Shown: positions 63,597 through 64,000 of the stretch, in pieces
Layout: each line of letters begins with the position of its first letter
Numbering within the stretch: the stretch's first letter is position 1
DNA from: Octopus sinensis
Lineage: Eukaryota
Direction of reading: 5' to 3'
Assembly (NCBI RefSeq): GCF_006345805.1
Contig: NC_042999.1
Location: 121,892,001-121,956,000 of the forward strand
DNA: 64,000 nucleotides
Made by a program: the position numbers and the translations under genes
Notes under the pieces: generated by a model
Databases searched by the model: none
Seen by the model: only the letters and a program-made list of their open reading frames with translations
What the model was told of the DNA's origin: nothing

Positions 63597-64000
63597 TGTG
63601 TGTGTGTGTGTATGCAAGCATGAAGAAGTAGATGCTTAAACAATGATGGTAAAGAGGAGAAGGATGTCTGGTACGTATACATGGGACTGAGTTGGCAAAG
63701 CAACTGTCAGAACTCTTTTATGTGTGAGCAATCATACAATAGGTTGGTGTGGATATGATATGTCATGTATGTATGTGCAAGATGCAAGTGCATCTGTATG
63801 ACATATGCATAAGATGTAAGTGGATCAGCATAATTTAAGCATAAGGTGCAGTTGTGTTGGCATGATGTGCATGCTTTTGTACAATTAAGTCTGTGAAAAT
63901 TCTGTAGACATGAATTACACAAGACAGGAACATATGATTTTATGTTTCTTGTAGTAAATAAGCTTTCTCGATGAGAATCAAGTTAACTTGTAAAGCGAAT

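Overview
AT-rich, CpG-depleted, microsatellite-dense eukaryotic DNA. The SINE repertoire resembles, from recall and not from a search, that of a cephalopod such as Octopus. I see no convincing host protein-coding gene, so the window is probably intronic or intergenic, and nearly all listed ORFs are microsatellite or antisense artefacts. The explainable sequence is transposon debris: three tRNA-derived SINE families, RTE, CR1/L2, R4/Dong and possibly L1/Tx1 LINE fragments, Penelope-like element (PLE) pieces, mariner and Merlin DNA transposons and Helitron-like elements. The most notable structure is at 37.9-39.55 kb. It is a head-to-head palindromic pair of a short element made of a tRNA-like Pol III head, an (AAT)n spacer and a minimal PLE-type hammerhead ribozyme. 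One hammerhead core is intact, and an R4/Dong element has inserted into the (AAT)n of the other arm. Several other short PLE-like termini also occur as fold-back inverted repeats within (TA)n tracts. Element boundaries are approximate unless TIR, TSD or arm coordinates are given.
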